Positions 23,923 to 38,816 are shown, numbered from the stretch's first letter. The stretch: 64,000 nucleotides of DNA from Eledone cirrhosa (GCA_964016885.1 OZ024746.1:63240001-63304000); one strand, 5' to 3'. The notes: generated by a model from the sequence alone, not told the origin. Translations and numbers: made by a program.

Positions 23923-25825
23923 TTAACAGTAGCTTCTGCCAAATTTTCTCTCTCGCGAAATCATTAGAATTCCTGATGATTTCATATGAATGAAACAGTT
24001 CAAGTCCTGTAGAAGTAATGTCTCTCTATTTATATATTGTTGCAATTAGATAAGCTCTCTTACACCCACTACAAATCTAGAAAGTGAGATTATATAAAAT
24101 GATATAGAATATCACACAGTGTGGTTACTAGACAGACAGTTCAGTATGTGAAAAAATATATTTAGTGTTTATAACTATTAATATCTTAAAACATATTTTA
24201 GTCTTGGTGCAAAGTATTATATTGCAGCAATGTTATAAACAATGTGTTCACTTACTGAGCTATAAAATTGAGATTAGTGCCAACTTTTGATAGGTTCATA
24301 GCAGGAAGGAATTATGGCAAAATATTTTATCAAAAGTAATGGACACATGTATTATGTACATGCACATATATACACCATTTATGTGTGTAAATCTGGCCTT
24401 TAATATCTAGAAAGAAGCAGGGTATTGATTTTATAGATTGAAACCTATAATTTGACCAAATTCAAGTAACTATCTTAACATTTCCTTTCTTCCTTTCTAA
24501 CCTGGTTTTGATCAGATCTGTAAATCATTTTTCTCAATCAAATTTAATCATGCCATTATATGAGTCTTGCCTTGAAATAAACTGATCTAATTTATTCCAA
24601 GATTTCTTTGATCTATTTCTGTCTTGACTTCTATTGTCAGTTTGTAGCATTCAAAAACTTTACACATGTTTCCTCACAAAGTGATATTTCCTTTAAACTC
24701 CATTGGATCAGTTTGTTCTGATTTTGATACACTAGACATTCTTACTTTAGTTCCATAAAAATTCTATTTCCCTTCTCTTCAGCTTCAGTCACTGAAGTGA
24801 GTGGGGGTTAGTGCCTATATTCAGAATGATGAAACCAATGTGGTTTATGTTCAACTTTATTTTCTACAAGTAGATAACAGTAGGGAAATTCTGGAGACTT
24901 GCAGTTTTCAGGACAAGATTGATGGGTAAGTCACTAAGTCTGAAGTCTCTCAAGCCTGGAGGCTCATCGTCCCAGTGCTTATCCTGGTTTCCGTAGTATG
25001 AAGTGACAGAATATAAGACTCCCTGCTGGACATGACGCCAGTCCATAACAGTCCATAAACCTCCAGCTATTGCTGGTACTCATTTACAGCTGAGTATACT
25101 AGAGCAATGTGAAATGAAGTGTTTTGCTCAAGAACACAACACACAACCCAGTCCAGGAATCGAACCCTCGGCATTATGCTTGTAAGTCTAGCATCCTTAC
25201 CACTAGGCCACATGCCTTCACCTACAGTCACTGTAGAGATAATAAAAGAGGAGGAAGTGACTCAAGTAGGCTTGTGCGTGGAGGTGCTAGAACTGCTGTG
25301 GTTTTGTTATATGACACAAGGAAGAAACCTTTTAGGTGTGCTTGTTAGCAATTGTAGCTTGGTATGTTTTCATTCACCACCAGTCAGTTGAATAACTGTA
25401 CAATATTTTTATGCACTTGGGGCCTCTCTGTATAGGATCTGCAACTGCTTGCAGTTAATATAGTTCCTAGTCTTTTTCCATGAATTGCTACAATGTGTAG
25501 AATATAATTTGTGCTTTCAAAAGTTTTCATTTTATTATAAATTTGACAAATTGCTTCCTTGACTGAATCTAGAATGAAGGCCTCAATCACAGCCTGTAAA
25601 CTACTTTTCTATAGCTCATGGCAAAACATTTAAAATGGAAAATGTGTTCCCCTGCATGTTGTTCTAATTCACATATTCCACTTGCCTAAGAAACTCTGAC
25701 ATTTTTTCATCATTGAATTTCAGTAACAAGACCATTACAGCATGCTCACAGGCCCTGCTACTATGTCACACTAAGTTTTCAAATTTTCTGAAAGATACTG
25801 TCTTCATATCTCATTGTTATAATCA

Positions 25826-26165
25826 TTTTCATCATCATTTCATTTTACATCCGCTTTTTCCCTGCTTGCAAGGGTGGGACGGGAACTGATTCTGGCTTGA
25901 TTTCTACAGCTGGATGCCCTTCCTAACACCAACCTCATTTACAGTGAGTGCTGTTTGCTTTTTTGCCATGGCACCTCCACGACCACTTTGCAGTGGAGTG
26001 ATATGGACCCCAGTCCCTATCATCTCATTTCTACAGCTGAGTAAACTGGAGCAATGTGAAATAAAGTGTCTTGCTCAAGGAAACAACACATCACCCGGTG
26101 TGAGAATTGAACTCACAACATTTTGATTGCAAGGCCAATGCTCTAACCACTAAGCCATGTGCCTC
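25826..26165 (-). mobile_element. tRNA-derived SINE family A
   Basis: Reverse complement of 3393-3720. Confidence 0.88.
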
Positions 26166-27849
26166 TATAATAGAAAGTAAAAATTTACCACATCAATAGG
26201 AAATGGAACAATCTATTTCGTATTGCATGGTTGGTGCTATTGCACTGTTAATGTTTTCAAAAATAATGTTTTTCTCACCAGTATACTTTATATGAAATGT
26301 TGGAAAAACTGGTATAATGTGGATAGAAAAAATAAATTAAAATTAAACATCAGCCTATCAGCCCTCCATCTCACTTTTGGTTCACTGTGCCTCTCCTCCA
26401 AGACATAATAGCCCTTTTGGCTCCTTAAGTTTAAGAGCCTTGGTCTACAAGAAGATAACTGCTTCACAAGAGATTTATAGGTTTACTGTTACCTAGCAAC
26501 TGAGTTGATCAGTATGTGTTTAGTTAGGACTTTGTTCACTTGACAAACAAGTATCAACAGTTGCTATAAATGCAACATGAAAGATTTGGAAAAATGTCAC
26601 CTTCAACCTTTGTTTTCACATGCAACATTCTACATCTCACTCTTCTACATTATTTACTACAATAGTTGTACAACAATAAATATGCACAATACTTTTTATC
26701 CCAAATAACATCTCTTTAAAATGTTTTTCTTACCAGTATACTTTATATGACATGTTGTGACATAAGTGTTGGAAAAACTGGTATAACCTGGATAGAAATA
26801 TAAAGATGGAACTGGGGTAAAAAGGATGAGAATACAAAACAAAATAATTTTTTTACCCTATATATTTCATGGTAAAAACCTTCTTTTCAAATGATCAATG
26901 CAGAAAAATGAAATGTTCTGTTCTCACATACTTTTCCTGTATTGTGTGCATGTGTGATTGGCCATTGGTGGAAGTGTGACATGCACAGTTATAACAGCCT
27001 GTCTGTAGCTCTGAATTATTACTCGCTTCCCACACTAAAAATACAACACCTTGTTCATGTATTAGGATCTGATCGTTATTTCTGTGGTAAATTTTGAGAC
27101 AATTATCCTCATTTATAATTAATTAGTTGACAACATAACATGACAATTGTACAATAATCTACCCACTGGCCTAATTAATCACTTGAACTTTGTTTCCGTA
27201 TTGTATTTGATCTGTTGTTTTTACAGTTGGCTACATTATCATTGTCTTCTATGTTATATGTATTTATCTTATTTTAATATTTTATATCACAATTTGTGAA
27301 TAATAAACGTCAATGCTTACTCAGTTTCCAACTGATCAATCAGTAATTCATAGTATTTCTGACAGCAAGTATAACAAGAGTGTCTATAACTTGGTGCTAG
27401 GGATTTAATTTTTAAAGCACCAGTTTTTCAGTTTTATTGCTGATTCATATAACTTTTTCTCATATACATTAGCTAAATATATGCACATACCACCACCACC
27501 ACCACCACCATCACCATACTGACACCATTCACCACCACCACCACCAGCAGCGTAAAGCAAACAATTATTATTATTATATAAAAACTGAACTGGACTGGGA
27601 AAAGTCAACATGATTTTGATTTTGTATTTGTATCAGTACTGCCGGTAATATATATATATATATATATATGTGTGTTTGTGAGTGGTGTGTGTGTTTGTAT
27701 GCATGAATGAGTGTTGGTATGTGAGTGGCGTGTGTGTGTTTGTGGTTTGTATGCATGAGTGTTTGTGTGTGTCGTGTCAATAAGTTTTTTTTTGTTTTTG
27801 TTTTTTTTTAATGACCATGCTGTAAAATGGAGGGGTAGAGAGGGCCCTT

Positions 27850-30800
27850 GAGTCTAGTAAGACATCCTCTCTAGTGCTGGTGGCACAAATAAAAGCACCC
27901 AGTCCATGCTGTAAAGTGGCGCTGGTGTTAGGAAGGGCATCCAACCAGTGTATCAATGCCAAAACGCTTATCAGCACACCAACAAATCGGAACAACAAAA
28001 TATGAAGACGTCGCATCTCAGAGTTGCAACACTTAATGTTGGCACTCTCAGAGGTAGATCTGCTGAAATAGCGGAGATGCTGGAGAGAAGGCATGTGGAT
28101 GTGTGCTGCGTGCAAGAGGTGAGATGGAGAGGTGCCTCTGCGAGACTAGTCGTAGGCAAGCGTCTTAGCTATAAGCTATTCTGGGTAGGTAAGGATGATG
28201 GGTTAGGGGGAGTAGGCATTTTCCTGGCTGAGAAATGGATCAATAAGACAATAGAGGTAGTTCGAGTTAGTAATCGAATAATTAAGCTTAGATTAGTTGT
28301 AGGTAGGAGACTACTGACAATCATCTCGGCCTATGCTCCCCAAGCAGGCCTAGGCAAAGATGAGAAAGACTGCTTTTACGAGCAACTTTTACAAACAACC
28401 GCAATGACAGAGGACGGAGACATCGTTATGCTAGCAGGAGACTTCAATGGTCATGTTGGACAGCTCCAGGATGGTTACACTGAGGTAAACGGTTACGGTT
28501 CAAGAAATGACGGAGTGAGACTTCTTGAATTTTGTGATGCAGGTACATTGACTATTTGCAACACAAACTTCCAGAAACCTGCCAATCACCTAATAACCTA
28601 CAAATCTGGTGAGCACATAAGCCAGATTGACTTCTTACTAGTTAGGCAGCGGGACAGGCAGATAGTGTCTAATACCAAGGCATACCCTGGGGAAGAATGT
28701 ACCCCACAGCATAGGTTAGTCGTTAGTGATATCTCAGTAAGCAAGAGATGGAATGAGACATACAGGAAGGTGTGGAGAAGAAAGGTCTGGAAGCTAAAAG
28801 ACCTTTCACTAAAATAGAAATTTAGGAAAGCCCTTCAAGATGTATATGACGAAAAAGAAGTCGATTTAGAGACGTATGACATAGATAATAACTGGAATTT
28901 CTTACATGGCAACTTGCTGTAGGCTACTGATGAAACTTGTGGCTGGAGCAGAGCTCCAACCAGACAGAGAGTGACCTAGTGGTGGAACAGCACAGTAGAT
29001 AAGGCCATTAGAGACAAAAGACTAGCATGGAAGGCTTGGAAAAAGGGTGGGAGTAGGGAAAAATATACAGCCACTAAGAGAGAAGCTAGACATCAGGTGT
29101 ACTTAGCATGCAGGGAGGCGGAGAGTAGGAGGTTTGCCAATGTTCTGCGACGGGAAGATCAGAGGCGTGCGGTGTTCCACATTGCAAGGCAATGTGTCAA
29201 TGCAAATCAGGATGTTGTTGGAGATAAATGTGTCCGGGATGATGCCGGTGTACTTAGTGTCACAAATGATCAGAAAAAGGAGGCCTGGAAATGTCATTAT
29301 GAGAGACTGATGACTGTGGAGAATGAATGGGAGAGAGAGAAATTACCCTTAGTAGGTCCGACAGAGGGACCAGCTATTGAGATTGACGAATATAGGGTCC
29401 AAGAGGTGATTAGGGAAATGAAAAATGGTAAGGCTGCTGGACCGTCGGGGATAGTTGCTGAGATGCTGAAGGCATCAGGGGACGTAGGCACTAAACTGGT
29501 TGCACGCATCATCAATCAGGCTATATATGGTGGTGTCATACCCAAAGACTGGTGCAGTAGTATTCTCATAAATTGCTACAAAGGTAAAGGGGATGCTCTG
29601 GAGAGGAGCAATTATAGGGGTATAAAACTGATGGATCAGGTTATGAAAGTGGCAGAAAGGATTTTAGCACAACTGATTAGAGAAAGGGTCAAACTAGATG
29701 AGATGCAGTTTGATTTTGTGCCTGGGAAGAGTACAACAGATGCCCTCTTCTTGGTGAGACAATTGCAAGAGAGGTTCTTAGAGAAGAATAAGCCACTATA
29801 CTTAGCTTTTGACCTAGAGAAGGCCTTTGATAGGATACCCCGATCTGTCATCTGGTGGTCCCTAAAGAAACTAGGTGTAGAGGAATGGCTTGTGAGGACA
29901 ATGCAAGCTTTGTACAGGGGTGCTGTCAGTAAAGTGAGGGTAGGAATGGAGTTTAGTGAAGAATTCCAGATATAAGTAGGAGTACATCAGGGTTCGGTCC
30001 TCAGCCCGCTCTTGTTCATTATAGTCCTCCAAGCCATAACAGAGGAGTTTAAGACTGGCTGTCCATGGGAACTTCTCTATGCTGACGATCTGGTTCTTAT
30101 AGCAGAATCAGTAGAGGAGCTAGAGAATAAATTCCGGCTATGGAAACAGCAGTTGGAAGCAAGAGGACTGAGAGTGAACCTAGCTAAGACAAAAGTGTTG
30201 ATGAGTAGAAAAGAGGACAAAACCCTGATTCCATCAGGGAAATGGCCATGTTCGATATGCAGAAAAGGAACTGGCATAAATTTTATAAAATGCACACAAT
30301 GCAGATCCTGGGTACACAAGAGATGTAGCGGGATAGCAGGCAAACTAACAGGTAGGGAGAAATATGTATGCAGTAGATGTACAGGGAAATTAGACAGTAG
30401 AAGTCGCATTGATTGACACATTTTTCAGATGCAGGAGGGCGCTATAGAAGTGGTGGATAGCTTCCGGTACCTAGGAGATCAGATTAGCATGGGAGGAGAG
30501 TGTTCCGAGGCCATAGTATCTAGAATAAGGACGGGTTGGAAGAAGTTTAGGGAGCAGCTTCCTCTGTTGACGAAGAAGGGTTTCTCCCTGCGTACGAAAG
30601 GCCGGTTGTATGATGCCTGTGTGAGGAGCGCGATGCTGCATGGTAGTGAGACATGGGCAGCAACTGCAGAGGATATGCGACGGCTGGAGAGAAATGAGGC
30701 AAGCATGCTCCGTTGGATGTGCAGTGTAAATGTGCGTGAACAACCCAGCATAAATGTGTTGAGAGAGAAACTGTGTCTGAGAGGGATAGAATGTAGTGTA

Positions 30801-31073
30801 CGGGAGAGGAGACTGAGGTGGTATGGACATGTGATGCGCATGGAGGATGACCGATGGGTGAAGAAGTGCCAGGAAATGCCAGTTGAAGGAAGACGTGGTA
30901 GAGGTAGACCACGAAAAACATGGGTGGAGGTGGTGAGAACAGACCTCAGATCATTGAAGCTCACGGTGGAGATGACGAAGGACCGTGACGAGTGGAGAGA
31001 TGCTGTGCTGAATAAGACCCGTCCCACCCTTGCAAGCAGGGAAAAGCGGACGTAAAATGATGATGATGATGAC
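27850..31073 (+). mobile_element. Nearly full-length RTE-clade LINE (APE endonuclease + RT + internal Cys/His finger), inactivated
   Basis: TLNVGTL, CVQEVRW, SAYAPQ, GDFNGHVG, IDFLL, QHRLVV (APE); DLEKAFD, QGSVLSP, LLYADD (RT); in-frame stops at 28815 and 30414, frameshift near 29970; (ATG)n tail; 5' boundary approximate. Confidence 0.95.
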
Positions 31074-32000
31074 AGGCATGCCAGTGACATATGATGATTG
31101 TCATAGTATGTACTAGCTTGCTGAACCTACTACTGACATCAGTTTAAACATACAAACATTAGGCTATGTTTATATGTTATATTACTTCAAACTGACTTAA
31201 TCTTTGTTTTATCAGATTTTAAACAAAGTATAATCAGATTATATTGATACTGCAAGAATTTATTCTGAAGAAAATTTACCACTTTTGGTTGGTATATAAC
31301 ACATTTAACACCTCTAAAATATAAAACCCTACAAACACACATGCATATACATGCACGCATACACACCACCTACATAAGTTTCTGACTACCAGCTTTTGTC
31401 TACCAAAATTTCACTCACAGGGAGTTGGTCGATACAAAGCTATGTTAGAAGACACTAGTTCAATGTATTGCCAAGTGTAATCAAACCCAGAAGCACATGA
31501 TTGAAATTAAACTTCTTAACTAAATAGCTATACCTATTTTCTGCCATATCAACTACCAACCTGAATCATCATCATCATCGTTTTTAAGCCCACTTTTCCA
31601 TCTGGTAATGGGTTGGATGGGTTGTTTTGAGACAATGTTTTACAACTGGATGCCCTTCCTGACACCAGCTGGCCTCCTACAAATGCTGCATCTTATAGGT
31701 GGTTGCTTAGATGTTTTAATGATTCTAGGGACCAATCACTCCAAATAAATAAAATTACATGTTGGAGATGTGGAATCTAGAAGCCACTGTGAAGGCAACC
31801 CTTCTAGGAAAGCAATCACTCCAAATAAAAACTAATACACACTAGAGATCGTTTTAGGGTATATCATAACCCCCATGCGAGGATACAGTGTATCTATCCT
31901 CAAAACCAAGATACATACAGCAGAATATTTCAATAAAATATGTAACTAATCTTATATTGTGAATCCTCAGAACATTGCATTTTTTTTTCTTATTTTACAG

Positions 32001-32168
32001 TCCACTGAAAGTGACCTATCACTAGATGAAGAAGATATTTCAATAAATCCAAATGTGTCATTCCAAGAATTCATGCAGCAATATCAAGAACTAACCGACT
32101 GGCTAAACCAGATTCAAGCATTCACTCTGCGGAAGGTGATGAGCCGATCAGAGAAATACCTCAATCAG
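32001..32168 (+). CDS. Second coding exon of the same gene
   Basis: Acceptor TTATTTTACAG|, 56 codons STESDLSLDEED...QELTDWLNQIQ...SEKYLNQ, donor CAG|GTAAGA; phase 0/0 matches both neighbours. Confidence 0.9.
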
Positions 32169-32269
32169 GTAAGATGACATTGTGGTTTGGTATTGTCAGA
32201 AATTGAACTGCCTCATTCTCTCACACCCTACACTGTTAGGTGGACTGGGACTTTTTTTTTTTTTTTTTT

Positions 32270-33260
32270 TTTTTTTGTGGCATCAGCACTACCTCTTTAC
32301 TTGGTGGACTGAGTGCTTTTTATTGTGGCTCCAGTATGATCACCTAATAGATGGACTATGTACTTTTTATTGTGGCTCCAGTATGATCACCTAATAGATG
32401 GATTATGTGCTTTTTATTGTGGCTCCAGTATGATGGACTATGTACTTTTTATTGTGGCTCTAGTATGATCACCTAATAGATGGATTATGTGCTTTTTATT
32501 GTGGCTCCAGTATGATGGACTATGTACTTTTTATTGTGGCTCTAGTATGATCACCTAATAGATGGATTATGTGCTTTTTATTGTGGCTCCAGTATGATGG
32601 ACTATGTACTTTTTATTGTGGCTCTAGTATGATCACCTAATAGATGGATTATGTGCTTTTTATTGTGGCTCCAGTATGATGGACTATGTACTTTTTATTG
32701 TGGCTCCAGTATGATGGACTATGTACTTTTTATTGTGGCTCTAGTATGATCACCTAATAGATGGATTATGTGCTTTTTATTGTGGCTCCAGTATGATGGA
32801 CTATGTACTTTTTATTGTGGCTCTAGTATGATCACCTAATAGATAGACTGTGTGCCTTTTATTGTGGCTCCAGTATGATCACCTAATAGATGGACTGTGT
32901 GCTTTTTATTGTGGCTCTAGTATGATCACCTAATAGATGGACTGAGTGCTTTTTATTGTGGCTCCAGTATGATCACCTAATAGATGGACTGTGTGCTTTT
33001 TTGTCATGGCACCGATATGACCACCTAATAGAGCAGATTGTGTGCTTTTTTTTATCATGGTACCAGTACAACCACCTTACAGGGTGGACTGAATGCTTTT
33101 TGCTGTGGCTCCAGTACAATAACCTAATAGTGGACTATGTGCTTTTTTGTCATGGCATCAATAGAAACACCTACAGAGTGGACTGGATGGTTTTTATCAT
33201 GGCACCAGTACACCCACCTAATAGAGTGGACTGTGTGTGCATTTCTGTCGTGGGACCAAC
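32270..33260 (-). repeat. 47/35-bp alternating minisatellite derived from the RTE/SINE 5' tandem unit
   Basis: ATTGTGGCTC starts at 32451, 32498, 32533, 32580, 32615 (47,35,47,35); reverse complement resembles the unit at 5240-5560. Confidence 0.85.
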
Positions 33261-33540
33261 ACTGCCCCCAGATCCGATGTAACTAATCTTGAAGCAAAAC
33301 TTTACCCTTCATTCTCCCAGGGTTCATCAAATAAAGTGCCATTCAAATATTTAGTGTTGGATCTTTGCATTCTGCGATCAAATTCTATGAACTTAACGTT
33401 GCCTATCATTCATTTGGAGTAAATAAAATAAAGTATAAATATTAGTGAAATATTTGGGTTGATTTAATCAACCGTATTTTTACCCCACTGAAATTTGAGG
33501 CCATGTGTCTACATTAGAAATCAATATTGAAATCAATATA

Positions 33541-33970
33541 CAGTCGAACCTCAGTTCACAAACACCTTTCATCATGAACAAACCGGTTCACAAACGGTGT
33601 CTCAAGTAATGAACACTCAAGCCGGAAACAACAGTTGGTGACAAGCTGGGTGTATCGGTGGGAAAGTGGCACTTGCTGCAGTTAGTTACTATGGTGATAT
33701 CTGTGTCTTTCTCTCTCTCGCACGCACGCTCGCTCGCTCTCACACTTGCTCTCTCTCTCTCTCAACATTTTGTATGGAAAAAATAGTTCTGGTTTACGAA
33801 CATTTTCCTGACGTTTGTACATTCCCTTATGTACTATACATACACTTTTGATGAGTTGTAGTGCACCTGAGCACTGTACACAATATTTTCATTATTATTA
33901 TTATTATTATTATTTCGGATAATGAACGGCCTTTAGTAACGAAATAATTTCCTGAACCGAAGTTCCACCG
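33541..33970. mobile_element. Tigger/pogo-type MITE (TA TSD)
   Basis: TA-CAGTCGAACCTCAGTTCA ... TGAACCGAAGTTCCACCG-TA; contains an (ATT)n-tailed retro-fragment also seen inverted at about 49530-49582. Confidence 0.7.
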
Positions 33971-34185
33971 TATATATTTCACCTGTAGTTTGTGTTTATT
34001 AATAAGCTGAGATCAACCTTTGGGTTTCGTCCTTCTGGGGTCAATTAAAGTACCAGTCAAATACTGTGGTCAATATAATTGACTTCCCTTCTCCACAAAT
34101 TGTTGGTCTTGTGTCTAACGTAGAAACCATTCATTAAACAGCCATATCAACTTTGTATAATTGTAATCACTCCCTTCTCCATCAT

Positions 34186-34803
<618 letters not shown>

Positions 34804-35229
34804 AAATCTTCACACCTACAAGTAGTCAATATATTTCATCTTATTGGATGAGAGAGCCATAATAATAATAATAAAATATAAAATAATAAAAATCAAAAGA
34901 TCAATATATTGATGTTGACATTCCTTTGGATCCACATCATTCATTCAACCAACCATCCAACCAACCAACCAACCAACCATCCATCCATCCGTCGAAAAAC
35001 CAGCCAACCATCCAACCGACCAACAAACCAGCCCAACCTCAAACACTCACTATATGAGTCATTATACTTATGAGATGTTCCCATTAATTATAAGATGCTT
35101 CTCAAGATCAGCAGTGTTAGAATACATAAGATGTCCGCCCCAATATGGCAGCGGCAGCAGCAGCAACCTTTGACCACATTTTCCAATGAATGGGATGATA
35201 CATGCTATCTACTTCTTCTATTTTCCCTG

Positions 35230-35900
35230 CTGTTCTTGCTGCTGTTGCTTCTCTGTTGCTTCCCTGTTGCTCTTGCTTTTACTTGCTGATGCTGCTGCTG
35301 TTGGTGGTGGTGATGATGCTGCTGCTGCTGTTGCACCTGCTCTAATTGCTGTTGGTGGTGGTGATGGCGGTGCTGTTTGTTCTGCTGTTGCTTACTGGTG
35401 ATGTTTGTGCTGCTGTTGCTACTGGTGGTGGTGATGCTGCTGCTGCTGTTTGTGCTGTTGGTAGTGGTGATGATGGCAGTGCTGTTTGTGCTGGTGTTGC
35501 TGCTGCTGTTGGTAGTGCTGGTGTTGCTGCTGCTGTTTGTGGTGGTGGTGGTGGTGCTGGTGCTGCTGTTGGTAGTGGTGGTGATGGCAGTGCTGGTGTT
35601 GCTGCTGCTGTTGGTAGTGCTGGTGGTGCTGCTGCTGTTTGTGGTGGTGGTGGTGCTGCTGTTGGTAGTGGTGGTGATGGCAGTGCTGTTTGTGCCGGTG
35701 TTGCTGCTGCTGTTTGTGGTGGTGGTGGTGGTGATGGCAGTGCTGTTTGTGCTGGTGGTGCTGCTGCTGTTTGTGGTGGTGGTGATGGCAGTGCTGGTGG
35801 TGCTGCTGCTGTTTGTGGTGGTGGTGGTGCTGGTGGAGATAGTGGTGCTGCTGCTGTTTGTGCTGCTATTTCTTCTGCTCTTAATGCTACTGGGTGTTGT
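35230..35900. repeat. Cryptic GCT/GGT/GTT trinucleotide low-complexity tract
   Basis: Shuffled triplets with recurring GGTGATGGCAGTGCTG blocks. Confidence 0.85.
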
Positions 35901-36273
35901 TAAAAGTAGTTACAGTAGAATCCAGTTCAAATCTGCTGCAATCAACAGATCTATTGCTGCTGCTACAGATGGTTGTGTGAATGCACTTGTTAAATAGTAG
36001 TAGTAGTAGCAGCAGCAGCAGCTGCAACATCTGCAAAAGTGAAATTATTCACATAAACATATTCAAAATGTTTATATAAATTTCATAGATTTTTTTTTTT
36101 CTCTCCACAATTAAAATTTGTTTTAAATATTCATTATATAAAGGTTATATATTAACAGAATTGGTAGACCATTGGACTAAATAACTTGTCATATGTAGTT
36201 CTGAATTTAAATTCTATCATGTTCAATAAAATAAGTATCAATCAAATATTGGAAGTAGGTTGTCCATTTGTAT

Positions 36274-36560
36274 CCTATCTATCTACCTCTAGCTAGCTCT
36301 CTATCTATCTACCTCTCTATCTATCTACCTCTAGCTAGCTCTCTATCTATCTACCTCTAGCTATCTATCTGTAGCTCTAGCTAGCTATCTATCTAGCTAT
36401 CTATCTGTAGCTCTAGCTAGCTATCTATCTAGCTATCTATCTGTAGCTCTAGCTAGCTATCTATCTATCTATCTCTCTGTCTTCTACTTATATCTAACCA
36501 TCTACCTATCTATCTGTATCTCTAGCTGTCTTTCAATCTTTATTTCTCTATCTATCTATC
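36274..36560. repeat. (CTAT)n/(CTAG)n tetranucleotide microsatellite
   Basis: Direct reading. Confidence 0.9.
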
Positions 36561-37344
36561 CTCTCTTTCTCTCTCACTTTCATTCTAAAATTTTATTTCA
36601 GTAATGTGAAAATATTACATCTTTAAGGTTTCGATATTTTTCTAATTTCATCAATAAAAATGGCTCTCGTCCTATTAGTTTCTTTAATACTATTTTCAAA
36701 ACATCCAGAAAGAGAAAATATGGTATAAAAGTAAAAATGTGATTGATAGTTCCCATGTATTTGTATTTAGTAGGGTTACTAAATACACTGTATGTAGTAT
36801 CTCATGAATTCTTATGAGTAAGAGACTAGGTTATTAGTAGCAGGAGTTGAGAGGAGATGATTGGAGTGAGTAGAAAATAAAGAAGTGGTTTAGAAGAGAA
36901 TATTTTATGAATAAGTCCAGTAATATGTAGATAGAAATCCACTAAAAATCGAATAGAAACCCTAGTTAGTCATTAAGGAGCTTTGAAAGAAAATGATGTG
37001 TGGATATGGAAGACTGAAGAAGGGATAAAAGATGTGAAGAAAAAGTAACCCACTTGTATCAGAAAGCCGGCTGGAAATATTTATGGCAGGAGCCATTTTC
37101 AGTTCCACGTTTTATTCTAAAATTGGCAATTCACAAATAAGGAAATTGGTTTGCCTGATTTATAGAAGAGTAAGCAACCATTTTTTTATCTTTTGTATTT
37201 TAGACCATCTTATACCAATTATTATCTTGTTATTTTATAACCATTCTACTTGTGTGATTACTTCAATGTTAGAAGTCAAGTGACATTTTCCTATTTCAAA
37301 TAAGCAGTTCAGTGCTTCTCTACTGATAAAGCAAAACATGTTTG

Positions 37345-37392
<48 letters not shown>

Positions 37393-37566
37393 CTCTCTCT
37401 CACTCTCAGGGATATTTTATTAATCAATGTACCTTTGATAAATATTTCTATACACACCTGTTTGATCATTTGTGGCCACAATATTCAAACTTTCCTTAGT
37501 AAATGCAGTGACTTCATATAAAATTTTCATCTGGCAATATTCTTTCTTCAGTTCAAACATTGTGTC

Positions 37567-37611
<45 letters not shown>

Positions 37612-37614
<3 letters not shown>

Positions 37615-38816
37615 TCATCATCATCATCATCACCGTTTTACGTCCATTCTTCCACGCTAGCATGGGTTAGACGGGTTGTCCTGTTGTGAGCAGTGTCCGG
37701 TCGGCTGACCTTGTCTTGCTCATACGGAAACTGATTCTGGCTTGGTTTCTACAGATGGATGCCCTTCCTAACACCTACCTCATTTACAGTGAGTGCTAGG
37801 TGCTTTTTTTCCATGGCGCCTACACGTCCACTTTACAGTGTGGGCTGGGTGCTTTTTTGCCGTGGCACCTCCACGACCACTTTGCAGTGGGAGGGTGTGG
37901 GGGCATATTGTCTATATGCTTCAGCTTGTACCGGTGGGGTTTGGGTCTTCTGTATTACTGTGTGACGCCAGAGGTCACGGTCGTGTGTCATCACCTTTGA
38001 GAGGTGTAAGGTCGGCTTTTATCACCTCATCCCAGGTCTTCTTGGGTCTCTCCACTCCGCGGTTTCCATCGACTTCTAGTGCTCTACACCTTTTTATGCA
38101 GTTGTCATCCTTCATACGCACCACATGTCCATACCAATGCAACAGCCTCTCCTGTACACAGCATTTGATTCCTCTTATGCTCAGTCTGTCTCTCAATTCA
38201 TTTATGCTTTGCCATTCACGTATATTACTATTACACATCCATCGGAGCATGCAGGCTTCATTTCTTTCTAATCTATGCAAGTCTTCCACAGACAGCGCCC
38301 AGGTCTCACTACTATGTAACATTGCTGTTCGTATACATGCATCATACAGTCTGCCTTTCATTTTGAGGGAAAAGCCTTTTGCAGCTAGCAGTGGCAGTAG
38401 CTCCCTGAACTTCTTCCATCCCGTTCTTACCCTAGTTATTGTACTTTCCGAACACCCACCTCTGCTGCTAATTCAGTCACCTAGGTAGCAGAAGCTGTCT
38501 ACTGTTTCTACAGAGCCCTCCCAGAGATTGGTGGTACTTGTTTCCTGTGGCTGCTTGCTGTCCCAGCACAGCTGCTTTATGTGAAGCCTACATTCTTAAT
38601 TAAACTTCCTGAGATCCCGCTACATCTCTTGTGTACCCATTGTTTGCATTTGGAGCAGAGAATGGAGTTCCTACCTACACCTTTCCTACATACTGAGCAA
38701 GGCCATTTGCCTGAGGGGATCTGGGTTCTGTTTTCTAGTCTACTTACAAGGACCTTAGTCTTTGTCAGGTTGACTTTGAGACCCTTTCTTTCTAGTCTCT
38801 ACTTCCAAGTTTGGAA
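37612..38816 (-). mobile_element. 5'-truncated RTE derivative, same family and almost same length as 226-1431
   Basis: Colinear with 226-1431; minus translation KGRLYDACIRTAMLH..ETW..RLERNEACMLRWMC. Confidence 0.9.

Noticed and set aside
23973-24001. CTGATGA...GAAAC hammerhead-like spacing
   Set aside because: Helix II marginal, no helix I complementarity, no poly(A) signal or TA context
35346-35997. Gly/Ala-rich (silk-like) or Leu/Val-rich ORFs
   Set aside because: Trinucleotide low-complexity tract open in several frames, no credible start or splice sites, lies within an intron
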